NCBI RefSeq assembly: GCF_026210795.1
Contig: NC_089434.1
Coordinates: 1,798,001-1,862,000, forward strand
Reading direction: 5' to 3'
DNA from: Rhizophagus irregularis
Lineage: Eukaryota
Length of the DNA stretch: 64,000 nucleotides
Shown piece by piece: positions 14,452 to 27,365 of the stretch (its first letter is position 1; each line of letters starts with the position of its first letter). Made by a program: the position numbers and the translations under genes. The notes beneath the pieces are model-generated. The model had not been told where the DNA came from, did no database searches, and was given only the letters and a program-made list of their open reading frames with translations.

Positions 14452-17173
14452 TTATTTTATTTATTTATTTTTATTTTATTACTAAAAGAGTAGTACTCCC
14501 AAAACTATTACAAAATAAGAGTAAAACATCATTTACATGATGGTACAAATAGGCTAGTATAGAATTTTGGAAATTAATCCCCTACGGGACCCCACCCTTC
14601 GAACAATACTATTCAAACTACTAGAACTACGCTAATACTTCGAATGGGGAAAAGAAAAAAATAAAACCTAAAGACCCATCCGTAACGAGAGAACCTAAAA
14701 CAATTCAAACTAAAAAATAAGAATCCGTATTTTTCTTTCGACCAAGGTCGCCACTTGTAAATACTGTAAGAAGTGGAATGTTTCACTCTATTTTAAGTTG
14801 TTTTTTGTTAAAATATATATATATAAAAAAAATTAGATGAAATAAAATGTAGATTAAACTACTTGATAAAGGTATTTAACTCCTCATGTATCAAAATTAC
14901 ATATGAATAAAAAATTTTTCTGAATTAGTTGACGGTCCAGCTACTGTGGAGTTGTCTAATGTATCAGTAGAAGGACGAGGACGTTTGTTAGGATGTGATA
15001 AATTGTTGGAAATTGTATTAGTAAATCGAGTTGAATCGTGTTTGTTGGGTCGATGTTCTAAAATTTTTGTATCATCTGATAAGTCGTCTTGACGAGTAAG
15101 AGAATTGAATGTAAATTGTTTCAAAAATTTAGATAAATTTTTGTTAAGATTACGCTGTTTTCTTTCATTATTGATATGATCGGGGTGATTCTTGTCTTTA
15201 ATATGACGGCGTATATATTCATCATAGCAATTTGTTACAGTTGTAAGTATCATTGGACCTCGTAAACGTGATCCTAAATGTTTGCGACTTGTACCATAAT
15301 AAGCGGCCCTTGCATTATTATTTTGTTCACGTAAATTCCATTCGGCTAGAGCTTCAGCCTGGAGTTGGCGATCCTGTTCATCGAAACGTTGTTGTCTTCT
15401 GATTCTCTTTTCTAAATTGTACATATAAGTGAACCACTGTCTAGATCCAGGTGGAATATAAGTATCACCTTCTTCAGTCAAAATGTAAATAGGTTCTTTT
15501 GGGATAATATCTCGGTATTTTAACGGGATAAACATGTTAGGAATAGGATTATATTCTTCAACCCAAGGAATCAAATTATCGAATGATAGTAAAGTAGAAG
15601 AAATGTGAATACGAGCCCCAAGATGATTCACATTCGCCTTGATTGTAGTAGCGTGTTGGGAATTGTTTATATAAAAAGGTATAAAAAATTGGTAGTTGTC
15701 AGCATTCGGAGCGATGTTGTCCTTTTTGTATAATAAATGTTTGATTGGTTTGTTGATATACTGTGATTTAACGAATAGGAATCGGTATTTTCTTCCCATA
15801 GCCAAATAATCTGAGTGTTGAGCGGTACGTCCAGGAGGTAATTTCATCTTATTGAATATGCGACGACAAGCGCGATTAAAACGAATTTCTTGTTTTTTCC
15901 GTGTACGAAGATTAGGACTTGGAATCTTTTCAAAGTTGGATAGTCTTTTTCTGTACATGTGTTTGTTGTGAAATTTCAGGACCGATACATTGTCCTGAGC
16001 ATGGTAAGAAGAAATAAAGGATATACCCATTCTTTTAGAGAAAATATGTTTTGGTCGTCCAGCTAACCATCTAAAATACAACAGGTTAGCATGTGAAGTT
16101 TTACTATTAGTAAAATCAGGCGTGATATCTTTATCATTGTGTTCAGGTTTGGGTTTAATATTATGAAAAATCTGTTCTTTAAAAAATTGTGGTTGGTGAT
16201 TGACGCAAGCACGTCTATCACGTGACATAATAAAAGGAGCAGGAATTCTACATTTGCCTAACATAGGGAAGGTGTCGGGAGTTGATTGATTATGAGAACA
16301 GGGTATAAAAATTCCAAAATAAAATCTATATTTTTTGTAACTAAAATTAAAAAAAGTTCGAGTGTGAATATTTCTGGACGTTACCAACGAACCACGTGAT
16401 TCTATAATATTGATTCGGTCCAATAATCTATTACGAATCATATTGAAATATTTTTGTTGAATACGTCGGGGTATAACTCTTTGTGAAGAAAAAAAGTGTG
16501 TGAGCATAACACTAATTTGGTATTTGTTATTTGGAAATGAACTCGTGTTTTTATAATTAATAGGTTTTGTGTTCATCTGATAATCATTTGTGTGTATTGT
16601 TAATTGAATATTATTGGTGTTCGAATTATGATCAGCAAGCTCAAAAAAGAAACTTCTTGATCAACGTATTTCATATATCTTGTTGTAACCTGATCGATTT
16701 GGTTTGGTCACATGGAATTTTTTCAGGGATACCTGCAAAGGAGTTTTCGAAAAATTTTTTTCCAAAGAAAAATTTTTGGAAGACATTTTAAGGGATATAT
16801 AATAATAAAAGATAGTAAAAATTTTATATTTTGAATATTAAAATATAAAGGTTCAAGTATATAATGTAGCAACAGTAAAAAATAAAAAAAACTCTTATAT
16901 AACTACTGGGGTGTATATTACGTAAAGGGGGTATATATGACGTTGTTTCTTGACTGTATAATTCTATTAAAAGTAAAACTTTTACCATATGTATATACTA
17001 AAAGATATGGAGTGACTTGTGTATATTCGCGAGTTGTTGTAAGTTAAAAGAAAATGTAATAGCTAGCGAAAATAAAATAAAAAAAACGTCTAGTTCGTAA
17101 TAATAAAAGTAATTCTACTGCGCCATTTTAACAAAAATTGGGTAGAGCGGAAAGAGTTTTTTTTTTCCTCACC
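14452..17173 (-). mobile_element. Retroposed non-LTR-type element lacking reverse transcriptase (2.72 kb)
   Basis: 14-bp direct repeat AATTTTTGACGTGT at 14438-14451 and 17174-17187. (TAAAA/TAAA)n A-rich tail at 14452-14480 on the minus strand. The insert is absent from the matching upstream regions of kinase copies 1 and 3. Confidence 0.85.
14897..16786 (-). CDS. Basic intronless protein of unknown function carried by the retroposed element (559 aa open; 629 codons if one in-frame TGA is ignored)
   Basis: ORF 16576-14897. An upstream ATG at 16786 is in frame, interrupted only by a TGA at 16663-16661. No RT or endonuclease motifs were recognised. Confidence 0.7.
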
Positions 17174-18692
17174 AATTTTTGACGTGTATTTATAAATTCG
17201 AATTTTTAGTATGATCAGAATAATGTCATGTGACAATTACACAATAGATAAACAAAATAAACTATTTTTAGATATGCTTGTTGATCATCCCTATAAATAA
17301 ATATTTTTTTTTAAAAAAAAAACTAAAAATAGAAGATAGCGTGAATCTAAAGTACGGATTGTGATGAAAAATTTAAAAATAACATTGACAGTAGTAGTGA
17401 TTATTGCATTAGTGATACATTAATTTTTTTTTTATACATGGAAAATTTCCTGTAAAAAAAAGCTTTAAAATTAGTAAATAAAATAAAAATAAATTATATT
17501 AATAAAGCAGAATGAATAGACTCGTATTATTTGAGATGATAATATTTCTACAATTCTATGAGTTAAGAAAAGTATCAAACAAATAAATTAAGAATCTTAT
17601 ACTGACCTTTTTGAGTAAATCAAGTCTTATTGTAAAATATACTAACATTATAACATTAAACTCAATTTCTTATAAGCCTGATTTCTATAAACAACCTAGC
17701 TTGTTTTAAACCTAAACTATATTGAACTTATTAATAAATTGTATTTTTTAAATTGCAATTTTTTTTTAATTCATACATAATTACTACTAGGAAACAGGAA
17801 CTGTTGGAGTATCCGAAGCATTATAATCATAATCAATTACTCATCGTAAAAAATTGAAATTGTCTACACAAAAATATGTATTGCTAAAGTTAAAGATAAT
17901 TTATTATTATAATTCATAATTCGTTACAAAAATTAATGTATAACATTTATATTTTGTTTCTACACAAGCGTACGCCTGATTTTAAAATCTCATTGGCCAT
18001 AATTTATTGTTTATTTTTGTTACTATGTTATTACATTAGTTATTATTGTTTCTATATAATAGTTTCATAAAATTTTATTGACCATACATATGGCGTGACG
18101 GACAGACATTGCATGCTTTTTTGAGTGGAATAGAAAGTCCTTTGCTAACGCTTTGGACAATAAACTCAGAAACAGGAAATAATATAGTACAACAGCATAA
18201 TAAGCAAATTCATATGATTACATTTCATTATAATGATTTAATAATTGTTCATTAACTCGCGTTTATTTTTTGCATGCCAGGCATCCTACGATTTCTGTAA
18301 AATTAAATTTAAACGCTTATAATATACCAAACTCAGTTGATTATATTTTTACTCCAAATCAAATTTCTGTTATCGTACTATAGTAGCCTATTTTCAAGAT
18401 TAATGATAAAATCATGTGATAAAATTAAAGAGCAATCTTCCATAAAATTTCATATTTTTAAAAATATCAATTGACATTTCCTATATGTTTACATTAAAAG
18501 TTTCAATTATTAATTTTTTTTTTTCTCTTTTTAATTTAACAAGTAAAAATATTGATTTTAAATTTATTAATAAGTCATAATATATATATATAAATTATTT
18601 AAATTACAAACTAAGGAATGTATAAAATATTTTGCTTCTCTAGCCTTAGTGTTTAAATAATTCAAAATAAAATATTCTTTATAATTATAATT

Positions 18693-20978
18693 TTAAAATC
18701 CATCTAAAAAAAATGCATATAAATAAACAACAATTAGTAATTAAAATATTATTATTTATACAAATATTAAGAAACTAACCATCAGGAATCTCAAATTCAT
18801 CTTGTTCTTCCGAATGAAGGTTTGGATTATTATGTATTTCATCATCGTCTATAAAAATATAAAAAAAGTACTTATTTAATTAAAATATTGCAAATTAAAA
18901 ATTTATAACAAATATTCTACTTACCAATAGCTGGTCCTTTCACTTGTTGTATTGTTTCTTTTTTATAATTATTTTGAATTTCTACATTTTTTAAATAAAA
19001 CAAATAAATTTTATTAAATAAATATTGAAATTAAAATTTGGAATCATTTTGCTTACCATCGTTTGAATTTATTTGTAGCTTATTAAATACTTCAAATAAC
19101 CCTTTACTATCATCATCTAAAATTGAAATAAATTTGCATTATTATTATCTAAAAAAAATTTTATATAAACAAATTACCTTTAAAAATACTATTCATTTTT
19201 GATGTTTTATTAATCTTTTGATCGTTTGAATTATTAAAATCTTCGACTAAAAAACGAAAATTTGGTTAATAAATATTTCATCAAATGAAATTTTAATAAA
19301 TACTTACTATTATCAGGAATATTAAAGTCATATGTTTTACTATGAAATGCTATTTAAAATGGTTAAAAAATTATTATAATAGTTAATAATGAAAATAGCA
19401 ATAAAAAATATTAACCTTCTTGTCCTTCTATAAACATTTAAATTAAAAAAAGAAATTAGTAATAATTTCATATCTTAATCAATAAAAAAAAAATCTTATA
19501 AGCAATACCTTCTGTTGCATTCTTTGGTTCAGGTAAATTTTCAAATTGATGAATTTTGCTTGTAAATAATCTGATGCTTGTATAATTTGTGCTAGTTTTT
19601 ATTTCAAAATTATTCACTGCTTTTGACTGGAAAAATTCATTTGGCATATTTTGATATGATAGATGAATTTCTCTTATTTTTTCCTGAAGAGATTCAATAT
19701 CAGGTCTTTTTAATGGATCAGAATCCCAACATTGTACCATTAAATTTTTATATTCTAAAGGAATATGTGACATAATTTCTGGTCTCATACCATTAATTAT
19801 ATCCATTGCAAGATTATAATCATCATGCTTATAATTAATAAATGGTGGTTGTCCAGATGAAATTTCCCACATAAGTATTGCAACACTATAAATATCAGAT
19901 TTAAAAGTACATCCTTTTCCATTAATAACTTCTGGTGCTATATAGGGAAGATTTCCATATATACATTTTGATGATTTATCAGCAGGTCCACAAAATCCAA
20001 GATCACTAATAAACCATCTATCATTAAATTGTGAATATAATATATTTCCAGAGTGCAAATCTCTATGAATTGCCTTCTCTTCATGAATAAAATATAGTGC
20101 ATTAGTAATTTCAAAAGTAATTTTAATTCTTTCTTTCCATGTAAGTCGTTCATCATTTTGTTGTAAATATTTTCTTAAATCCATATCCATTTTCAACATT
20201 ACAAGCAAGTAATTTCCACTTGATATATCTTGTGTTAAACCATAACATCGGACAATTTCTGACCATTTATTATTTATAGTTAAATGTGATTTAGCCTGTA
20301 AATATAAAAACTTTTATTGTAAAACAAAAATTGGCTAATTTTATAAATACAATTTAGAATATATACCTCTTCAAACCAACTTTGATTTGCACTTTCAACA
20401 TTTTCTAATTTTTTGAGTACTACCCTTATTATTAGGTTTTGTATTCCAGGTCTTTTAACTCTTTTTAATTGTTGATTTTTAGAATCCCATTCATCATAAT
20501 ATCCATCGATCCAACCTGCAGTATAAATTTCGGAAAATCCACCTTTTGTAAGATATTTAATATTTTTTAAATTATTATATGGAATCCATTCAACTATAGT
20601 ATTTGGCATAATTGATTCTATTTGACATTTCTGTATTAAATTATCAATATCATCATTTCCAGATGTCCAATGTGAAAATTTTCCTTTTAAATAATTTCGA
20701 ATACAATATTCACAATATAATGTAGCTAAACATTCTTGATTGCAATTTTCACAAATTCTTTTTGTTCCCGTATTTTCAAGAATTTTATTTCGGTCGTAAG
20801 CTTTAGTTATATCTTTTATTGCTTCAGTTTTTTCATCATCTGTAAGAAGTTTATCAGCAAGAATTGTTTGTTTTTTAAATTCATGTCGTTTGTGAATATC
20901 AGTGTGAATATTATAATCAATTAACGAATATGCTCTATGAGTTGTTGCATTAACTAATTCATATCGAATGGTAGACAT
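18693..20978 (-). CDS. Tyrosine-kinase-like protein kinase, copy 3 (complete, multi-exon)
   Basis: ATG at 20978; exon 1 ends at 20367 and exon 2 starts at 20295. Same 3' microexon series, TAA at 18695-18693. Confidence 0.9.
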
Positions 20979-22299
20979 AATGCAATTTAATTACAAACTT
21001 TAAAAAGAAAAATTTTTTTATTAGTATATAAAAAAAATAAGTATATGAACTGGAAAGGAATTTTTGACAACGAAATTTAAGTTTCAAAAAATTCCTGAAT
21101 AGTGTAACTATAAATTCGAATTTTTAGTATGATCAGAATAATGTCATGTGACAATTACACAATTAAAGTTCAAAGAACGAAATAAACTATTTTTAGATAT
21201 GCTTGTTGATCATCCCTATAAATAATTATTTTTTTTTTAAAAAAAAACTAAAAATAGAAGATAACGTGAATACTAAAGTAGGAAGTTACCGGATTGTGAT
21301 GAAAAATTTAAAAATAACATTGACAGTAGTAGTGATTATTGCATTAGTGATTATACATGGAAAAATTTCTTGTAAAAAAGTTCTAAAATTAGTAAATAAA
21401 ATAAAAATAAATTATATTATATGAAGCAGAATAAATGAATACTTTCATAATAATTGCATAATAAAACTTTCATATGTTTACGTTTCATTAATAATGATTT
21501 ATTAATAATTGTTTATTAACTCACTAATAGATTACTTCGTTTATTTTTGCATGCCGGACTCCGTAAAATTAAATTTAAACGTTTGTCAGCAACTGTTTGA
21601 CCAATCCAATTTACTTTCAAAATATTTATTTATAAAATAAAAATTAATAATTTTAACTTTATTTACGAAATATTTTAATAACTTTACAATGTAATAAGTA
21701 TTTTTATATATATTAAATTATCAATATTTTTAAAATACTTTTTACTTTTTAATTGAAACCAGGTAAATAGTATAGCTATTTGCTTGGAATTAGTTTTTTT
21801 CGAAAATAAATGGTTCCTGTACAGTAAATAACATAAATTTAATTTTCGCAAAATTTGATCACAAAATAATAATTATATTGGGTAAAAAAATTCATTTTAA
21901 CCCAGATTTGAAAATAACAAAAATAGTGAAAAAATAATACTTTTTATATTCAGTAAGTTATGAAATGATCTGTTATACTTATAGTCGGTTAAAAAATTTG
22001 ATCGCTTCTTATAAAATATGTAAAGAATATAACGTATACAAGAAATATTATATTAATTATAAAAATAATATTATGCGCATCGTACGTATCTTATTTGAAT
22101 GAGATAAAGTCTAATATTTTACATAAAATAGTATTTATATAAAAATTATCAATCGTAAAAAAGATTTTATTTCGATTAAATTAAAAATCATATAAACCAT
22201 TTTTTATATTATTTTTCCACAGATACACGTTGTTTTATAATGTGATCTAGACTAATTTTATTTGGTAAATTTCTGTTGTTATAATTATTGTAAAATTAT

Positions 22300-23650
22300 T
22301 ATTTCAAACACGTAATATTAAGTTCCTTTCCACAACATTACTCATATTATACCCAACTTTACACAAGAAATTAATACTAATATGTTTATTAACTCAAATG
22401 GTAGTATTATTAGAGGTTTATGCTGATCAACGTAACTAAATTGTATGTATTTTATATGTCTTATAATAATCTTGGTGTTATAAGTCATCATTTTATGTTT
22501 CTCGTCATGTGATTTATTTATGTATGAGTTCAAAATTTTTAATATTACCAACTATATTATTAATTACATTGTCTATTTTAATTTTTTTTTATAATTTTTT
22601 TGGTAAGGGATAAATTAGAAGAGGTTGTCATGATACCATTTAAAATTATATATGGATATTCAATTATGAGAGAATAACTAAAGGTCAAATTATTTGCTGA
22701 TTCGGAAGTTAAAAAAGAAAAATCAAAGATTATTCAAGTGTGTGGTGAATACATGAATGAACTACGATCTAAAATATGTAATTGAGTTTGAAGAGTCAAG
22801 GGTTAGGTTGATCCTTTCTAAAACTTCATTCCATATCTGCCACTCCGTACTTATGTTTTTCGAGCATTCCCATATGTGATTCCATGATTCAACATCTATA
22901 TGACACCTTGCGCATTTATTAGATTTAATCCAAATACTCTTCTTTTATATAAAAAATCATAACTCGGCAGTGTTTGAAAGAAAATTTAATTCTAAAAGCT
23001 CGTATTTTTGTATCTAAATCGTTCGTTATATATTTATCACTTGAGATTCCATTTTTAATTAGTTTAAATGTAAACGTCCATCAAGATATTCTTCATATAA
23101 CTCTACTTCCATTTGAATCTTATAATCTTCATCCCTTATATTTAGATGACGTTAAAAAAAAACACCTGTAATTTTTTCTTTTCTAATTTCTATCAATTGC
23201 TTCAAAAATTTTAATAGCGTGTAATTTTTATGATTAATTTCTTTTTTAGAGCTAGATTCTTCAAAAAATTCATTATAAATGAAATGAATTTTATGATTAA
23301 TTACTATATTCACTGTATTATTATCCAGAATAATAATTAAACTAAAAATCAACGCCATTATTACTCTTTCATATAATTATCGCTTTTAAACTTTTAAGCC
23401 ATACAAAATATTTTCCCATTATTAGTTAAAAACTTAATCTCGTTGTAAAAGAAAGACTTAAGACAATTATCCGAAGAAGCCTCCCTTCTAACTAAATTAG
23501 CCACAAATTATTAAGAAATCTGAAATTATACTTTGATTCTCTAGAAGCTTGTTTAAATTTTCCCAAAATATTCATACGGTTTTATTTTACTCGTATTTCC
23601 ATCTTTAACCTTTTCTTTTCTCACCTTAATATTTCTTGATGACCGATCTA
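22300..23650 (-). mobile_element. Degraded 3' fragment of a LINE ORF2
   Basis: Minus-strand broken frames read LDTKIRAFRIKF..LPSYDFLYKRR..NKCARCHIDVESWNHIWECSK (about 23015-22858) and LWKE near 22330. This is the C-terminal zf-RVT-type Cys/His motif of non-LTR ORF2 proteins. Boundaries are approximate. Confidence 0.65.
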
Positions 23651-25237
23651 ATGGTAAATAAATTAAACAATCATGATGTCATGTAACGTCATTTTCTTAC
23701 ATGTTAACTTGTATTTTTTCCGCTGTTTATTATATTATCTATAAATGTCTCGCACCTCAAAATTTATTCCGTACAAGTTTTATCTTAAAAAATTTTTAAG
23801 AAAAAACGTGGTTAAAGCAGTGTATACAATTATTATCATTTTAAAAATCAAAAAAAAAACTTATTTAACAAACATTTATTTTTTTTATTGTGATACTTAA
23901 ATATATTGTGATTTATAATTAACAACATATATTTGTAATTTTCAAATTATTATAATTATAAATAAATAAAACACGAAGTGTAACTTTGACATTATACTTT
24001 AGATTTATAAAATATTTTTTTCTTTGAAAAAATACGCACAACTAATGTAAAAAAAAAATAAAGTAAGGGCTCGTTTGATCGGCATTATTCATGTGACAAA
24101 AAATTAATAATAATAAGGGATCATTTTTTGTTTTTACAAGCATCTCTCTCTTCTCTCTGTTCTCTCTGCAATATGTAATTTCATTATTTGAGATATAAAA
24201 TTAATAAAAATAGCTATAAATTCTTCCTATTACATACCTTCCAATACTAATAGTTCAAGTCATTCAAGCAATCTCAATAGAAAATCAATTAACATCAGGG
24301 AATCAGGAAATAAATTCTCAATAAACCCAATATGGAAAATGCTAATGTCGGTAACGTGCCTAATAATGTAATGTAGGTAAATAAGATTTTAGTGTATGTA
24401 GCAGTTTTCAAGTTATTAATAACTATTATTGTCATTTCAGTACAATTATTTCCAGAACTACAAAAAGTTCTTGATAGTTTGATCCCAAGGCAAAGAAAAA
24501 GATAACGATGCCTCGCAAGTGAAAGTCGATTTATTGGTAGTGATTTTAGAAGAACGTAAAAAATCGGTAATATTATTTATTTTGTTAAGATATTTTCACT
24601 ATATTTTTTTTTTGATTTTTACTAATATTTTTTTTAAAATTTTTCATTATATTTAAATATATATTTTTAATTTTTACTTCTATACTTTTTAATTTTAATA
24701 CTTCACACTTACACCAAAAAGTTTTGTCATCAGTTTCTATTTCCTAATAACCCATATAAGAAATTAGCTGGAAATTAATCTCTGTTGCAATTTACTGCAA
24801 TAATTACTGCTGTTATTTCTCTTGCAAATGCACTATATTTTTAAGTATGATGAATAAACAAAATTTTTTATCTTATTATTACTTGTGTTTATTTTGGGAC
24901 AAAGTTTCTTATTCTGATGATAAAGATAGAACGCGATAGAACGCGATTGGCTTATTTATAAAAATTATGATTTTTATTATTATTTCATCACCAATGTTTA
25001 AATTATTGATTGTGGTGATTTTGAGTATTTATGTCCAATCACCTGTAATAAAAGTTAATTTCGTAAATTTTAGGCTGGAAATATTTAAGTATATCATTTT
25101 ATTGATTGCCCATTAGTCTAAGGATTTGGTCATTTACTGCTAACAATACACACAAACTACACATTATAAATTGCTTGTAATGTAGTTACGCACAATTAAT
25201 TGCATAATTTTTTTATTTGAATAGCTTTATTTAGAGG

Positions 25238-27363
25238 ATGATGCGGGTTTTGATTAAGTATTTTTTTTCAATACAGAATTTCAAAATCTTGTTTGAAGAA
25301 AATGCACCATATATTCCTCAAATAATGCCAGCTAAAGCGAGCGCCAATCTAAGTAATCCACCTATACCCCGAACTTCAAAAGCATCTAAAGTTCCTCCAA
25401 AACAATCACAAAGTGATCAACTCATTCCACTCTGGAAGAAGCTATCAAAAGGGAAGCGTAAATGTCAAGAGGTTATTGTTAAATCAATTCAAAAAGAACT
25501 TGGGCCACGTTATTTAGAACTAACATGTTTAGGTATTAACGTGTTTAGATATAAAGCTCAACAAGGTGAGCATCAAATGGATTGCTACAACATCTTTGGT
25601 TCGGGAACCTGCCCTATATCAGTATCAACATGGCAACATGGTGGATTGATAGCAAAAGAAATAAAAAATATTATGTACTTTACGATGAAATCAAAGAACC
25701 TGGAATCCCACTTGATGAGGCGTTAGAATTATATTCTGAATCAAGTTCGGATATATACCAGAAATAACATACCTGAAAGCATCTCCGGATAGAGAAGTAA
25801 CAGTGAAATTATAACATAAAATTTTTATCATGTGAGATCGATGCGCAGTTGATATCAGAAGTGTGACGTAAGATTTGCATAAGTTCTCATCCCAGGATTG
25901 ACGAACTAATCTCCATGATTCGCAAAGGGGTGGAAGATTAACGAAATGATGAAATGCAGTGCGTCATTAAATGGAGATCTCAGGACCGGTTGTTCTTGGA
26001 AATGTTACCTTTGATAAGCGTTATAAAACAGATAGATCATTTTTTTGCTCAGCCATATACGCAAGGCAGTATGGATAGAACATACAGTACATCGAAGTAA
26101 TTGCAAAAAATATTCTCAGTGCCCTTGCAGAAAACACTGATATATCCATGCTCTTTGTGTGGAGAAGATATTTATACGAATGAATTCACTCCATACAAGA
26201 ATTTACCCTAGGTTCATGTGGACACATCTTTGAAAAGTATCTGGTGAGTGAGTGGAAAAGCGATTTGTCCGAATAAGAAGTGTAACAAAGCTGTCGAAAC
26301 TTTTCTTCCTCCAGATCTATTTAAGGGATCGCAAGACAAATCTTCAACTGCAGATGCCACCTCCAAGCCAGCGGACGAGGATGCCGATGTAACGCTCATT
26401 AACGAACTAGGATTATTAGGCAGAGGAACAAAGTTCGTCCAACAACACCAAGATAAGCAATCAGCCCTATTGAGATTTTAGTATTGCACCTGGCAATTCC
26501 AAAAATTTGTATAACTCACAAATCAAGCGCATATATGAGAAAATGTTGACGTACAGTCAGACCTCTATGTACCGATATCCTATGTACCGATAATTGCCTG
26601 TACCGAATTTTCTATGTCCCGTTTCACAATTAATAAAAAAACCTCATTGTACCGATATTATATAGTAACAACCGATACTTTTCTTTGCCACTTTATAATT
26701 AATACATAGTATAAAGATGTATCAATACTTTAGGTACACTGGTATTAATTCGGGCCAACACTATAAATTTGGCCGAAGTTAACGTAAAGATTCCATCCAA
26801 ATCACATGACATTTTAATAGATTGAATTTGCATAATTCTGGCAAGAATTGGATTTTGGCCTGCATTATGATTCACTGATGACGGTATATCATATATGTAA
26901 CGATAATTTGATATACCGATATATTTTCCCCCAAACAACAGTATCGGTCCGCCCGTAATAGGAAATCGTCTGCATCTACCGAAGAACCTTCTAGCAAGTA
27001 AGTTAAAAAGTAAATTTTTAATAGCTGATGATCGATTGATTTTCCTATTTCTTCAACTTGTTAGTTAATTCTGTTTGAATTAATTATTTATTTAGATTCA
27101 ATTAAGGAAATAAAAGAAAAAAAATTTACTAATTGGGAAGTTACGACATGAACTGGTGGAAAGAAAGTACCTAGTATGCTAAAAAAAACTTATTGAAGTT
27201 TTATTAACTGATATTCCCGATCGTGATGTGAGATTGGAAGAAATAAGTGAAAATGCAACTAAGTATTTTTTGTAATTATTCAATAGATTGAAAGCGCCAA
27301 ATCTAAAAATGAAGATTGCAGGTCAAGAACTTATTCCCTGCTACTTTGACTTTGGGGAAGTTA
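25238..27363 (+). pseudogene. Degraded repeat-borne ORF(s) with a RING-like Cys motif, interrupted by later insertions
   Basis: Fragments PCSLCGEDI and AICPNKKCNKAVE, plus AGQELIPCYFDFG directly before the Tc1 insertion; many stops and frameshifts. Confidence 0.35.
26554..26950. mobile_element. Possible truncated pogo/Tc1-type MITE
   Basis: Starts TA|CAGTCAGACCTCTATGTACCGATA with repeated TACCGA motifs. Only a partial inverse (TATCGGT, 26942-26948) is seen at the right end. Confidence 0.4.
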
Positions 27364-27365
27364 TA

